Below, one piece after another: positions 36,348 through 46,155 of a stretch of 64,000 bases of DNA (within the stretch, counting starts at the first letter, position 1; every line of letters starts with the position of its first letter). The notes under the pieces are model-generated. The model made no database searches and was not told where the DNA came from. It saw nothing but the letters and a program-made list of their open reading frames with translations. The stretch lies in the NCBI GenBank assembly GCA_964568665.1, contig CAZMPY010000026.1, forward strand, positions 62,106-126,105, read 5' to 3'. This DNA comes from an uncultured Thermoplasmata archaeon (GTDB lineage Archaea; Thermoplasmatota; Thermoplasmata; UBA10834). The translations under genes and the position numbers were made by a program.

Positions 36348-37736
36348 ATGCAGAAAGAGTGGACCGAGAAGTACCGCCCGCGGTCTCTCTCAGATATCGT
36401 GGGCCATGAGTCCTCAGTGAGGCTCATGAGGCAGTGGGCCGAGGCTTGGAAGCGGGGGACGCCGCGCTCCAAGGCGCTTGTCCTGAGGGGAGAACCTGGC
36501 ACCGGGAAGACGAGTGCCGCCTTGGCACTTGCGAGCGATTTCGGCTGGGATGTGGTCGAGATGAACGCCTCGGACCACAGGAACGCCGATTCCATCCGCA
36601 GGGTGGCTGGTATGGGCGCGGTCAGCCAGACCTTCTCGCCCACGGGCGAGTTCCTGTCGTCGACGAAGGGCCGCATGAAGCTGATCATACTGGATGAGGC
36701 GGACAACCTGTTCGGGCGCGAGGATTACGGCGGCGCAAAGGCCATCGTGGACACGATCCGGGAGACGAGCCAGCCAATCATACTCATCGTCAACGACTAC
36801 TACGAGCTGTCGAGGAAGGCTTCAGCCATCAAGACGCTCGCAGACAAGGTGACGTTCAACCGGATGGACCGTCACTCTGTCGTGGGGGTTCTGGGCTCCA
36901 TATGTACCCGCGAAGGCGTTTCGTTCGATGCGGCCCTCTTGGACAAGATAGCCGTCAATGCGGGCGGGGACCTCAGAGCTGCGGTCAATGATCTCCAGAT
37001 GCTATTCGAGGGGCGCACTTCCGTGCTCGCGGGCGAGTCCGACATGCTCGGCAAGAGGAACCAAGAGAAGGAGCTGAACCAGGCGCTCAGAGCGGTCTTC
37101 GGCGCGAAGACCGTGCGCGAGGCCAGGGATGCCACCCTCGACCTCGATCTCACCCCTGAGGAGCTCGAGAAGTGGATAGAGGAGAACATCCCGCAGGAAT
37201 ACAGGTCCACGGACGAGCTCATCAGGGCGTTCGACTCGCTCTCGCGGTCCGATGTCTACCTTGGCCGGACGCGTCGGCTCCAGCACTACGGCCTGTGGTC
37301 CTATGCGAAGGAGATGATGACTGGGGGCGTCGCGCTATCGAGGGGGAGCATGCCCCGGCCCCAGGTCATGGAGTATCGGTTCCCGAGCTTCTTCATGATG
37401 ATGTCGCGCGCCAAGGGCAGGAGGGCGGCCAGAGAGGCGGTCTCGCGGAAGCTGGGGGCGCAACTGCGCACATCCTGGAAACGCGTGAACGAATCCTCGT
37501 TGCCCTACCTGTCCGCGATCGCGAAGAGGGATGAGGAGTTCCTCCTCAAGCTGTGCCTGGACGCTGAGCTGGACGAGGGCGATGTCGCGTTCATCCTCGA
37601 CACGGACCCGGACTCAGCGGCCGTGACCCGTGTCATCGCCAGGGCGAAGGAGGTCCGGACGGGGGAGACGACGGGGCCAGCCTCCGGGAAGAGGCCGAAG
37701 AAGTCCCCTGGAAAGAGGAGCCTCGCCGACTTCTAG
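36348..37736 (+). CDS. rfcL: Replication factor C large subunit
   Basis: WTEKYRP, GEPGTGKTS, EMNASD, LDEAD, GGDLRAAVNDLQ, C-terminal PIP-like SLADF. Confidence 0.95.
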   Translation: MQKEWTEKYRPRSLSDIVGHESSVRLMRQWAEAWKRGTPRSKALVLRGEPGTGKTSAALALASDFGWDVVEMNASDHRNADSIRRVAGMGAVSQTFSPTGEFLSSTKGRMKLIILDEADNLFGREDYGGAKAIVDTIRETSQPIILIVNDYYELSRKASAIKTLADKVTFNRMDRHSVVGVLGSICTREGVSFDAALLDKIAVNAGGDLRAAVNDLQMLFEGRTSVLAGESDMLGKRNQEKELNQALRAVFGAKTVREARDATLDLDLTPEELEKWIEENIPQEYRSTDELIRAFDSLSRSDVYLGRTRRLQHYGLWSYAKEMMTGGVALSRGSMPRPQVMEYRFPSFFMMMSRAKGRRAAREAVSRKLGAQLRTSWKRVNESSLPYLSAIAKRDEEFLLKLCLDAELDEGDVAFILDTDPDSAAVTRVIARAKEVRTGETTGPASGKRPKKSPGKRSLADF

Positions 37737-37746
37737 GAGGGTGGAA

Positions 37747-38676
37747 GTGGACCAAAGGACGATCGAGCACCTGGAGAGGCAACAGTACCGGATAGTCGGC
37801 GGGACCGGCGCCGTGAAGCTCTGCCACTGGATGCGCCAGAAACTCATCCATGGCCGTCCCTGCTACAAGGAGGAGTTCTACGGGATCGACTCTCACAGGT
37901 GCCTCCAGATGACCCCGGCGGTCAACATATGCAACTTCAGGTGCCTGTTCTGCTGGCGGTTCCACGGGATGACCGGTTTCGACAGTGCGGACTATCCCGC
38001 GCCCGAGGAGCTGCTGGACCGGTGCATCCAGGAGCAGCGGTTGCTCGTCTCTGGTTTCAAAGGGGACGAGCGCTGCGAAGAACGCCTCTGGGAGGAGTCG
38101 CGCAACCCGAACCAGGTCGCGATATCCCTCTCGGGCGAGCCGACGCTGTACCCCGAGCTCGGCGAGTTCATAGCCCTGTGCAAGAGGAGGGGCATGACCA
38201 CGTTCCTGGTCACGAACGGCTCTGTCCCGAAGGCGCTGGCCGAGCTGTCCACACTTCCGACGCAGCTCTATGTCACGGTCGCTGCGCCGAACAAGGATCT
38301 TTTCGAGAGGCTCTGCGTGCCGCAGTTCCCGCGCGCCTGGGACAACCTGCTCGAGACGCTGAGCCTGCTCCCGTCACTCTCCACCCGGACGGTCGTCAGG
38401 CACACCCTGGTGAAGGACTGGAACCTGGGCTGGGAGGACGAGTACGCGAAGCTGGACCGCATTGCCTCCCCCACCTTCGTGGAGTCGAAGGGCTACGTCT
38501 TCGTGGGGGACTCACGTACAAGGATGACGATAGACAACATGCCTTCGCACGCATCCGTCAGGGAGTTCTCTCTGAGGCTCTCGGAGATGCTGTCGATGGA
38601 CCTCCTGGCCGAGCGTGAGGACAGCCGGGTCGTGCTCGTCGGTGACAGGCGCGCCAGGCTCCGCGTGAGGGACTGA
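37747..38676 (+). CDS. taw1: 4-demethylwyosine synthase Taw1/TYW1 (radical SAM)
   Basis: AVKLCHW, FYGIDSHRCLQMTP, CNFRCLFCWR, ISLSGEPTLY; GTG start after AGGAGG. Confidence 0.93.
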   Translation: MDQRTIEHLERQQYRIVGGTGAVKLCHWMRQKLIHGRPCYKEEFYGIDSHRCLQMTPAVNICNFRCLFCWRFHGMTGFDSADYPAPEELLDRCIQEQRLLVSGFKGDERCEERLWEESRNPNQVAISLSGEPTLYPELGEFIALCKRRGMTTFLVTNGSVPKALAELSTLPTQLYVTVAAPNKDLFERLCVPQFPRAWDNLLETLSLLPSLSTRTVVRHTLVKDWNLGWEDEYAKLDRIASPTFVESKGYVFVGDSRTRMTIDNMPSHASVREFSLRLSEMLSMDLLAEREDSRVVLVGDRRARLRVRD

Positions 38677-38679
38677 CCC

Positions 38680-40593
38680 TCACTTCAGCCTGATGGTCTC
38701 GAGGTTCATCGGCGCCCTGGTCTCGATCCCGAACTTCTTGTAGACGGTGCTCGCGAGATCGGAGCACTTGAAGTCCTCGCCGTGGCCGATGATGATCCTC
38801 TCCGGCCTCGGCTCCAGCGTGCTTATGTAGTTGATGAGCTGCCGCCTGTCCGAATGGCCAGAGAACCCGTCGACCGTCTCGACATCCATCTTCATGTGGA
38901 GCAGCAGGGGCTTCCCCCTGTCGTTGAGAGTGATGTCGTTCCAGCCCTTCTGCAGCTTCCTGCCCATGGTGCTCTCCCCCTGGTAACCGACGAACACGAG
39001 CGTGCTCTGGGGGTTGTCGCACCAGGCCTTGAAGTACTCCATGACGGGCCCGCCGTTCATCATGCCGCTCGTCGCGAGCACGACGCAGGGCTCTGGGTCG
39101 TTGCAGATGCGCTCCCTCATGTCGGCGCTGTCGACGCGCTTGAAGATGTCCGATAGGAATGGGTTCTCGCCCATCTGGAATATCTGGGTCCTGAGCTGGC
39201 TGTTGAGGTACTCCGGATACGCGGTGTGGATCGCCGTCGCCTCCCAGATCATGCCGTCCAGGTATATCGGCGCCTTCTGGATCTGGTGGTTCCTCATCAG
39301 CTCCTCGAGAACGAGCATGAGCTCCTGGGACCTGCCGACCGCGAAGACGGGGATGAGCACCTTGCCACCCCTGCCGAGCGTGGCCCTGACGATCTCCTTG
39401 AGCTGGCCCGCGGCCTCCTGTCTGCTGGGCTGCATGTCGTGGTACCCTCCGTACGTCGACTCGATCACGAGGGTCTCGAGCCTCGGGAACTTGTTGACGG
39501 CCGGGTTGAAGAGCCACGATTTCTCGAACTTGATGTCTCCGGAGAACGCGATGTTGTAGAGCCCGTCGCCGACATGGAAGTGGGCGATCGCCGAGCCGAG
39601 GATGTGCCCAGCGTTCTGGAATGTCAGGCGGACATCGGGCGAGATGTCCGTCGTCTCCCCGTACTTGAGCGGGATGCAGTGCATGACCGTCTCGCGCACG
39701 TGCGACGACTCGTACGGGGGTTTCTTCGCCTCGCCTACCGCCACTTTGATGAAGTCCAGCTGCAGCAGGGACATCAGGTCCCTCGTCGGGGCGGTGCAGT
39801 AGACCGGTCCATCGTAGCCGTACTTGAAGAGTGCGGGCACGAGGCCGCAGTGGTCCAGATGCGCGTGCGTGACGATGACGCCGTCGATCGAGTCCAGGGG
39901 CTGCAGCTCCGGCGCGTTCAGGTACGGTGTCGACCCGTTGTCGTCCGCGGACACGGCCACCCCGCAGTCGATGAGCACCTTGCTCTCGCGTGTCATGAGC
40001 AGGGCCGCGCTCCTGCCGACCTCACGGAACCCTCCGAGGGCAGTCACCCTCAGGAAGCTGTCGTCGGAGATCTTCTGACGCATGAGGCGCCGGCCGACCT
40101 TGTGCAGGAACTCCTTGCGCTCGTCCTGGACCTTCCTGAGGTAGTTCCTGATCTCGCTGACGGTCTTGGACGGGATCGGAGGCGCTCTCACGACCTTCGG
40201 CGCCCAGCCAATCTCTTTCTTGATCTCGTTCAGGACGGCCCCGTGCTTGCCGATCACGAGCCCTGGTGAGATGGCCTCGATGGTCACCTCCCCGGTGTCG
40301 TCCTCGAAGTAGATGTTCGTGATCTTCGCTTCTTCAGGGATGATCTTCCGGATCTGCTCCTCGGCGTTCCCGGTCTCGGCCAGCATCGTCGGATCTGGCC
40401 TGATGGCCACCCTGCGGCGCAGCGTCTGCGCGAGCTGGCGCACGAGGTCGTTGTTGTGGGCGAACTCCTCGAGGTTCCTCGTGTATATGACGATTACAGG
40501 TCCCTCGAAGTCCACGTCGGTGACCTCGATGTGTGAGGGGATGGTCTTCTTGACCGCCTCCCGCGCGTCTTCTAGAATCTTCTCTATGCCCAT
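38680..40593 (-). CDS. fttA: aCPSF1/FttA beta-CASP ribonuclease with N-terminal KH domains
   Basis: KH region (DFEGP, KPG-like GLVIGKHG), GGFREVGRS, THAHLDH, AGHILGS, ESTYG, FSGHSD. Confidence 0.95.
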   Translation of the reverse strand: MGIEKILEDAREAVKKTIPSHIEVTDVDFEGPVIVIYTRNLEEFAHNNDLVRQLAQTLRRRVAIRPDPTMLAETGNAEEQIRKIIPEEAKITNIYFEDDTGEVTIEAISPGLVIGKHGAVLNEIKKEIGWAPKVVRAPPIPSKTVSEIRNYLRKVQDERKEFLHKVGRRLMRQKISDDSFLRVTALGGFREVGRSAALLMTRESKVLIDCGVAVSADDNGSTPYLNAPELQPLDSIDGVIVTHAHLDHCGLVPALFKYGYDGPVYCTAPTRDLMSLLQLDFIKVAVGEAKKPPYESSHVRETVMHCIPLKYGETTDISPDVRLTFQNAGHILGSAIAHFHVGDGLYNIAFSGDIKFEKSWLFNPAVNKFPRLETLVIESTYGGYHDMQPSRQEAAGQLKEIVRATLGRGGKVLIPVFAVGRSQELMLVLEELMRNHQIQKAPIYLDGMIWEATAIHTAYPEYLNSQLRTQIFQMGENPFLSDIFKRVDSADMRERICNDPEPCVVLATSGMMNGGPVMEYFKAWCDNPQSTLVFVGYQGESTMGRKLQKGWNDITLNDRGKPLLLHMKMDVETVDGFSGHSDRRQLINYISTLEPRPERIIIGHGEDFKCSDLASTVYKKFGIETRAPMNLETIRLK

Positions 40594-40668
40594 CTGTTCA
40601 CTCAACTGAATCGAATACCCGTGAATGGTCTGCGGCGGCGTGGCAGCCGCCGTGCGCATCCGGCCCGC

Positions 40669-41307
40669 TCAGGCCAGCTTCATCTTCGCTAGGCGCCTCT
40701 GGATCTCCTTCTCATCGAGCTGGTCGAAGCCGTCCTTTGTGATGGAGCAGACCGCGATGCCATCGCCTGAGGCGGAGTCGCGCTTCATCGCGGCGTGGAG
40801 TGCTCTGACCGCAAGGTCCAGCCCGTCCGACACGCTCAAGCCCTTCTGGAAGTGGTCCTCGAGGACACCGTAGACATAGGGTGAGCCGGACCCGGTCGTC
40901 ACATAGTCGTCCGGGATGGAGCCGCCTACCATGTCCAGCGAGTAGACATGCGGTCCGTCCTTGTCGAAGCCTCCCATGATGAGTCCGACATAGTATGGAT
41001 AGTACCTGTTCCCGGCCAGTATGTTGGCCATGAGGGTGGATGCGGACTTGACTGTCATGGGCGCTCCCCGCTTGAGCTTATAGAGTTCGACCTCGGCCAT
41101 GATGTACCTCGCCAAGGTCTGAGCGTCGCCGACGACCCCTGCGACCGTGAGGCCGATGTTGTCATCTATCTTGAAAAGCTTCTGCGTGGTCTTGTGTGCG
41201 ATCAGAGTGCCCATCGTGGCCCTCATCTCCGTGGCCATGACCACGCCGTCCTTGCAGACGATACCGACCGTCGTTGTACCCTTCTTGACCTGTTCAGTGT
41301 TGTCCAT
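40669..41307 (-). CDS. psmB: Proteasome beta subunit
   Basis: Short propeptide then GTTTVG, RAT, GSGS, RDSASG; conserved adjacency to aCPSF1. Confidence 0.96.
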   Translation of the reverse strand: MDNTEQVKKGTTTVGIVCKDGVVMATEMRATMGTLIAHKTTQKLFKIDDNIGLTVAGVVGDAQTLARYIMAEVELYKLKRGAPMTVKSASTLMANILAGNRYYPYYVGLIMGGFDKDGPHVYSLDMVGGSIPDDYVTTGSGSPYVYGVLEDHFQKGLSVSDGLDLAVRALHAAMKRDSASGDGIAVCSITKDGFDQLDEKEIQRRLAKMKLA

Positions 41308-41438
41308 GAAATAACACCGTCGTGAAAACTGACGCACTAAAAGTGGTTTTCAGAAGTATAATCGTGCACGTATTTATCCTTTCGCCCACTGGACGCGCGG
41401 TCCAGCGGACGACGAGAAGGTTTAAGTCCTCGCGGAAT

Positions 41439-41567
41439 CAATGGAATCCTGAGATGGGTAGCCTGTGAGTCCCTTCCATGTAAGCACGCAACCTTTCGAG
41501 GACACGTGCTCCAAACTTCAATGGAGGAAGGGCGTGGCGTCAGGAATACCATTGCCTGCCCATCTCA
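41439..41567 (+). ncRNA. Candidate structured non-coding RNA (unknown class)
   Basis: Nested helices 41450-41461/41556-41567, 41471-41477/41526-41532, 41483-41488/41505-41510, a UUCG-capped tip at 41492-41501, and a dedicated TTTAAG box at 41421-41426. Confidence 0.55.
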
Positions 41568-41635
41568 CCCCAACTCCACCCCTGAACAACGCTATATACC
41601 ATTTAGTCGTTCCGAGTCTGACGGAGGCGTGACCC

Positions 41636-41998
41636 TTGACCAAGATCCTCGTGGTGGATGATTCCGAGGCATTCAGGAAGGTTATGATAGAGCTGCTCGT
41701 GAGAGCAGGCTTCCATGATGTCGCCGAGGCGAAGGACTTCGACGAGGCCCTCGACAAGTTCAGACAGGAGAGGCCCAGGTTCACGTTCGTCGACATGATC
41801 CTGCCTGGGAAGTCCGGCGTGGACCTCACCAAGGCGCTGATCGCGATCGACCCCAACGCGACGATAATCGCCATGAGTTCGATCATCAACAAGACCATGA
41901 TCCGGCAGAGCCTGGACGCAGGTGCCAAGGACTTCCTCCTGAAGCCCACTAACACGATAGCCCTGAGCTCGGTCCTGGCGATGTGGAGTGATTGGTGA
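41636..41998 (+). CDS. Stand-alone response regulator receiver (CheY-like)
   Basis: ILVVDD, phospho-Asp FVDMILP..SG, AMSS, FLLKP. Confidence 0.92.
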   Translation: MTKILVVDDSEAFRKVMIELLVRAGFHDVAEAKDFDEALDKFRQERPRFTFVDMILPGKSGVDLTKALIAIDPNATIIAMSSIINKTMIRQSLDAGAKDFLLKPTNTIALSSVLAMWSDW

Positions 41999-42558
41999 TG
42001 AGCCTGTTCCATTTCAAGAGGCCAGGGGCGAGGAAGGACCACAAGGAGTCGGCCCTCGACATATCCCGCAAGTACTCGCTCAAACAGGGCCGGTCCTACG
42101 TGATCGAGGAGTCGCCCCCGGACATCAGCTTCGACGCGTTCGCCAACATCATCAACACGACGGACGAGAAGGGCGCGAAGAACGTCGGCCTGTGCATCAC
42201 GCGCCAGCACCCAGACCTGGTCCGGCAGAAGTACGGCATCGAGAAGACGCCGATATACTGGCTCGCGACCAAGACCGGCCAGGACATCATATCGCCCACG
42301 AACCTCGGCATACTAACGCACACGATCATCAGCTTCGTCCAGGACCACCAGAACGGGGTGGTCCTCCTCGACGGGCTCGAGTACCTGGTCTCGAACAACG
42401 ATTTCAACAAGGTCCTCAGGGTCATAGACCAGGTCAACGACCACATCTCCCAGAGCACCTCGAGGATGATCCTCCCGGTGGACCCGCGCGCGTTCGATCC
42501 GAAGGAGGTCGCCCTCCTCGAGCGGAACATGGAGAAGGTCCAGTTGTCCAAGGCGTAG
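41992..42558 (+). CDS. Stand-alone DUF835 (inactive KaiC/RecA-like) protein
   Basis: GLCITRQHP, IYWL, ISPTNL, VVLLDGLEYL..NNDF; coupled to the receiver gene. Confidence 0.85.
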   Translation: MVMSLFHFKRPGARKDHKESALDISRKYSLKQGRSYVIEESPPDISFDAFANIINTTDEKGAKNVGLCITRQHPDLVRQKYGIEKTPIYWLATKTGQDIISPTNLGILTHTIISFVQDHQNGVVLLDGLEYLVSNNDFNKVLRVIDQVNDHISQSTSRMILPVDPRAFDPKEVALLERNMEKVQLSKA

Positions 42559-42575
42559 GCCTGACCTGACCGGCC

Positions 42576-44423
42576 CTAGGACGCGAGGAGCGCGGTCGCC
42601 GAGTATATCAGCTCGGACAGCACGATGCACGACCCCAGCGAGTACGCCAGTTGCCGCCTGCCCTTGCCGCCTTCGATGCCCCACACGAAGAACACCACCA
42701 CCGCGTTGATCTCGGCCAGGAACAGCCCGAGCACGAGGAACAGCGCATCGGCGGAGAAGCCACCGTCCCCCGCCCCGAGCGAGGACAACGACAGGTAGAT
42801 CGAGTATGTTATCCCGAGGACCAGCGGGCCCAGCGCGTGCGCGGTCATGCGCATCATCGATATCGTCGGCCTCAGCCTGCTCTTGAGCGTGCTCTCGAGG
42901 TCGTTCAGGTCCTTGAGGTAGTTCGCCAGGTCCATCGCCAGGAGACCCGCCGAGAGCTCGTCCTTCGACGCCGCCTCGCGGACGACCTGGAGCCCGGCCA
43001 GGGCGTTCAACCCCCCGCGGACGTCTTGCTCCCCGGCCCCCTCCGCGAACCCTTGGCCCATTATGCTCGTCCTGAGGGACAGGGCCCTCAGCCTCACGCC
43101 CTCCTCGCCATCGAGCTCGGAGGACGCCCTCGCCATGGCCGATTCGAAGTTCTCGCCCTCCAGCATCCTGGCGCCGGTCTTGAACAGGGCGTCCTCGAAC
43201 CCCTCCGAGGACCCGGCGCCTGCCATGCTTCTCATTCCCCCCGCCATCAAGAATGCGCCGACGGGGCAGGTCGTTCCCAGGAGCAGGCCCAGGGCCCTCT
43301 CGTGCCCCGACAGGAACATGAGCGACACCGCGGCCGCGCACGCGGCCGCGGCGGCTGCGGCCAAGACCAGCAGCCCGGAGTGTTCCATCGGCACGTCCGC
43401 GCGCCAGGGCCGCACGTCGAGCGGATGCCTCTGGACCGCATCCATGGCCACGAGGACCGCGATCGCGGGGAACAGGATGTTCATCAGGAATATCGTCTGG
43501 ACTATGGTCCCGCCCCCGGACGAGCCGAGGTCCGGGCCCGCCTCCACGCCGGCCCATAGGTCCCACGAGAGCATCGGCAGGAACGAGCCGACCATCAGAG
43601 GCAGGAGGATGCCGACGCCGAAGATCACCATGCTCGGCGTCGACAACGCAAGGGCGTACTCCTCTATCCTGCGCTTGGCCCCTGAGATCATCGCGTGGCT
43701 CGCCCGGTCGAGCGCCCTGCGCTTGCCCTCCTCCCTCGATTCGCATGCCGCCGTGACCATCGCGTTCAGCGAGGCCTTGAGGTCCCCGCTGAACCTGGAC
43801 CATCTCGCGCCCAGCGCCTGGAGCGCCTCCTCGAAGCTCGAGTGCTTTCCCATGACGACCTCCCAGACGGAAGCCTTCAGCTCCTCCGTGAACTCGTCCT
43901 CGCGCTGCATCGCGAACCTCATGGCCTTCGAGACGGAAGGCTCGTGCCTGAGGCTCATGATCATCAGGTTGGTGGCCGCCGTCGAGTCCTTCAGTATGCT
44001 CTGGGCGCGCTTTGCTGCGAGATTCGCAGGGTAGCCCATCACGGCCTCCCTGGCGAGGACGGGTACGACGGCGAGCAGGAATGCGAGCGGGACGATGTAC
44101 CGAGTGCCGGTGAGCAGGAACGCGACGGCAGCGGCCACGCCCAGCCCGAGCGCGGCAAGGAGCATGACCGTCTTCGAGGCGGCGACCACGGTCTCTGGCG
44201 TGAGAGGGACCCTCGCGAGGCTCAGGTTCTCCCCGAGCACCTTCATCGTGCGGTCGGCCTTGGCTGCCCTGCCGCTCTCGGCGCGCCCTCGGCCACCCCT
44301 TCTGGCGCTGGCGGCCTCCGCCCTTCCGGAGACGCCCAGGCCCGAACCGAGGCGCGCGAGTAAGGCGCATGAGCGCTCGTACATCTCACCGGGCCGCTTG
44401 ACGCAGGCACTAGCTCGACTCAA
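42576..44423 (-). CDS. Type IV pilus/T2SS-F platform membrane protein (TadC/ArlJ-like)
   Basis: Two cytoplasmic domains each followed by TM clusters (SLRHEPS, SFEEAL; MLEGENFESA, LRPTISMM); directly downstream of the pilus ATPase; exact start uncertain. Confidence 0.72.
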   Translation of the reverse strand: MSRASACVKRPGEMYERSCALLARLGSGLGVSGRAEAASARRGGRGRAESGRAAKADRTMKVLGENLSLARVPLTPETVVAASKTVMLLAALGLGVAAAVAFLLTGTRYIVPLAFLLAVVPVLAREAVMGYPANLAAKRAQSILKDSTAATNLMIMSLRHEPSVSKAMRFAMQREDEFTEELKASVWEVVMGKHSSFEEALQALGARWSRFSGDLKASLNAMVTAACESREEGKRRALDRASHAMISGAKRRIEEYALALSTPSMVIFGVGILLPLMVGSFLPMLSWDLWAGVEAGPDLGSSGGGTIVQTIFLMNILFPAIAVLVAMDAVQRHPLDVRPWRADVPMEHSGLLVLAAAAAAACAAAVSLMFLSGHERALGLLLGTTCPVGAFLMAGGMRSMAGAGSSEGFEDALFKTGARMLEGENFESAMARASSELDGEEGVRLRALSLRTSIMGQGFAEGAGEQDVRGGLNALAGLQVVREAASKDELSAGLLAMDLANYLKDLNDLESTLKSRLRPTISMMRMTAHALGPLVLGITYSIYLSLSSLGAGDGGFSADALFLVLGLFLAEINAVVVFFVWGIEGGKGRRQLAYSLGSCIVLSELIYSATALLAS

Positions 44424-46155
44424 ACCAATCCCTCCATTCTCTGAGCCCTGCCTCTGGCCCGTCCGCCCCGAAGAGCGTCCGCGTGAGTAGCTCGTTCGAG
44501 GCCACCCTCTTCGCCTCAGGCGACGGTGTGCCTCCCGGGCACTGGGACGCGATGTCGTCCGCGTGCGCCCGCGTCTTTATGATGTCCAGGAGCGCCTCAG
44601 GGGAGACCCCGAGGGCGTCCGCGGCCCCCACGATCGTCTTGCACGATGGTGAGAACTGCTCGGTGGGCTTCGCGCAGGTGCAGCCGGGCCGGATCTCGAA
44701 GAGGCTCACCAGCTCCACCCCGTGGCCCTTGTCCCGCACCTCCGCGACCTCGGTCACGCGCCTGTGGAACCTGGCACCGTCCGGCGACCTGATCAGGCCT
44801 ATCACGACGACGATGTCGGTGGACGAGAACGCCCGTTCCGAGACCCCCAGGTCCTCGACGGCCCTGTCGACGACGCCCTTGGCGGAGTTGCCGTGGATCG
44901 TGCCGAGCACCGATGACCCTGCGCTGCCCGCGCGCATGCTCTCGTAGAGCACCTTTGCCTCCTCCCCCCTCACCTCGCCGATCACGATCGCGCTCTCGCC
45001 CATCCTGAGGCTGACCCTGAGCGTGTCCTGGGCCGATATGTCCGCCCCGTCCTGGCCGTTGGAGAACCTGAGCGCCTGGAGGTCGAACCCGAGGTCCTGC
45101 AGTTTCCTGACGGGTATCTCGGGGGTGTCCTCTATGAGCACGATCCTCTGGGATAGCGGGAACTCGAGCAGCATGGCCCCGAGGAGCGATGTCTTCCCCG
45201 CCCCCCTGCTGCCCGCGACGAGCACCGTCCTGCGGCCCAGCACGCAGGCCCACAGGAAGCTCGCCAGGAGCGGGGACATCGAGCCGTTCGCTACCAGGCG
45301 AGGCATCGTCCACATCACATCGGAATGCTTCCTTATCGCGACGGACAGGCCTTTGTCGCTCAGCGGGGGCCCTACGACGGTCACCCTCGCGCCCAGGTGC
45401 CTCATGTCGGCCTCGAGCACAGGATGCGCCTCCGAGAACGGGAGACCTGTCTCGAACTTGACCCTCGAGACCATCCCGAGCAGGTCGCGTCTGCCGAGGA
45501 ATATGTTCGTCCGACACTTCTGTCGGACACCAGGCACCGCGCCGGACCGCAGCACGACCTGGACGGGCGTCTGACTGGATGGGGAGTCCACATAGATGTC
45601 TTGGACGGTCGGGTCCTCGAGGAGGGTCTCGAGCAGACCATACCCCGCGGTGTACTTCGAGAGCAGCTCGGCGAGGAAATCCGCATCCTTGTCGATCTCG
45701 CGTCCATCGGCGCCTCCGCCCTTCGCCGCGAGCTTTGCGTAGAGCAGGTCCTTCGCCCTCGCCTTGATGTACGGGCGGACCGTGCTCAGAGAGCCGGACT
45801 CTATGTCCGGGGGGACGATGCTGGTGACATCCGACATGGCCTCCCCGAGGATCTGCATCTGGGCCGGTCCGAGCCGGTATTCAGGAGGGTCGACCATGTA
45901 GAGCCCGCAGCTGGAGTCCTTCGGGGACATGATTGTCACAGTGACCCCCGCCACAGTGTACTTGGATACGACTGGCGCCTCGCCGGCCTCCGGCTGGACG
46001 ATCCATGACGACGAGAAGCAGGGCCGGGTCTCGAACACGGCGCGGGCGCGCGTGTCGCGCCCGCCCTCGTGCGTGACTAAAGGGACCGCGTTGACAGCCG
46101 GCCTTGACAGGGGCAGCTTCGAGCCGACGATCCGGGGAGGTCCTCTGCCAGGCAA
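44410..46155 (-). CDS. Type II/IV secretion ATPase (TadA/VirB11/ArlI family)
   Basis: GYGLLE.LL.DP..QDIYV, Walker A GSRGAGKTS, Asp box IEDTPE, IGEVRG, His box GTIHG. Confidence 0.92.
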   Translation of the reverse strand: MPGRGPPRIVGSKLPLSRPAVNAVPLVTHEGGRDTRARAVFETRPCFSSSWIVQPEAGEAPVVSKYTVAGVTVTIMSPKDSSCGLYMVDPPEYRLGPAQMQILGEAMSDVTSIVPPDIESGSLSTVRPYIKARAKDLLYAKLAAKGGGADGREIDKDADFLAELLSKYTAGYGLLETLLEDPTVQDIYVDSPSSQTPVQVVLRSGAVPGVRQKCRTNIFLGRRDLLGMVSRVKFETGLPFSEAHPVLEADMRHLGARVTVVGPPLSDKGLSVAIRKHSDVMWTMPRLVANGSMSPLLASFLWACVLGRRTVLVAGSRGAGKTSLLGAMLLEFPLSQRIVLIEDTPEIPVRKLQDLGFDLQALRFSNGQDGADISAQDTLRVSLRMGESAIVIGEVRGEEAKVLYESMRAGSAGSSVLGTIHGNSAKGVVDRAVEDLGVSERAFSSTDIVVVIGLIRSPDGARFHRRVTEVAEVRDKGHGVELVSLFEIRPGCTCAKPTEQFSPSCKTIVGAADALGVSPEALLDIIKTRAHADDIASQCPGGTPSPEAKRVASNELLTRTLFGADGPEAGLREWRDWFESS

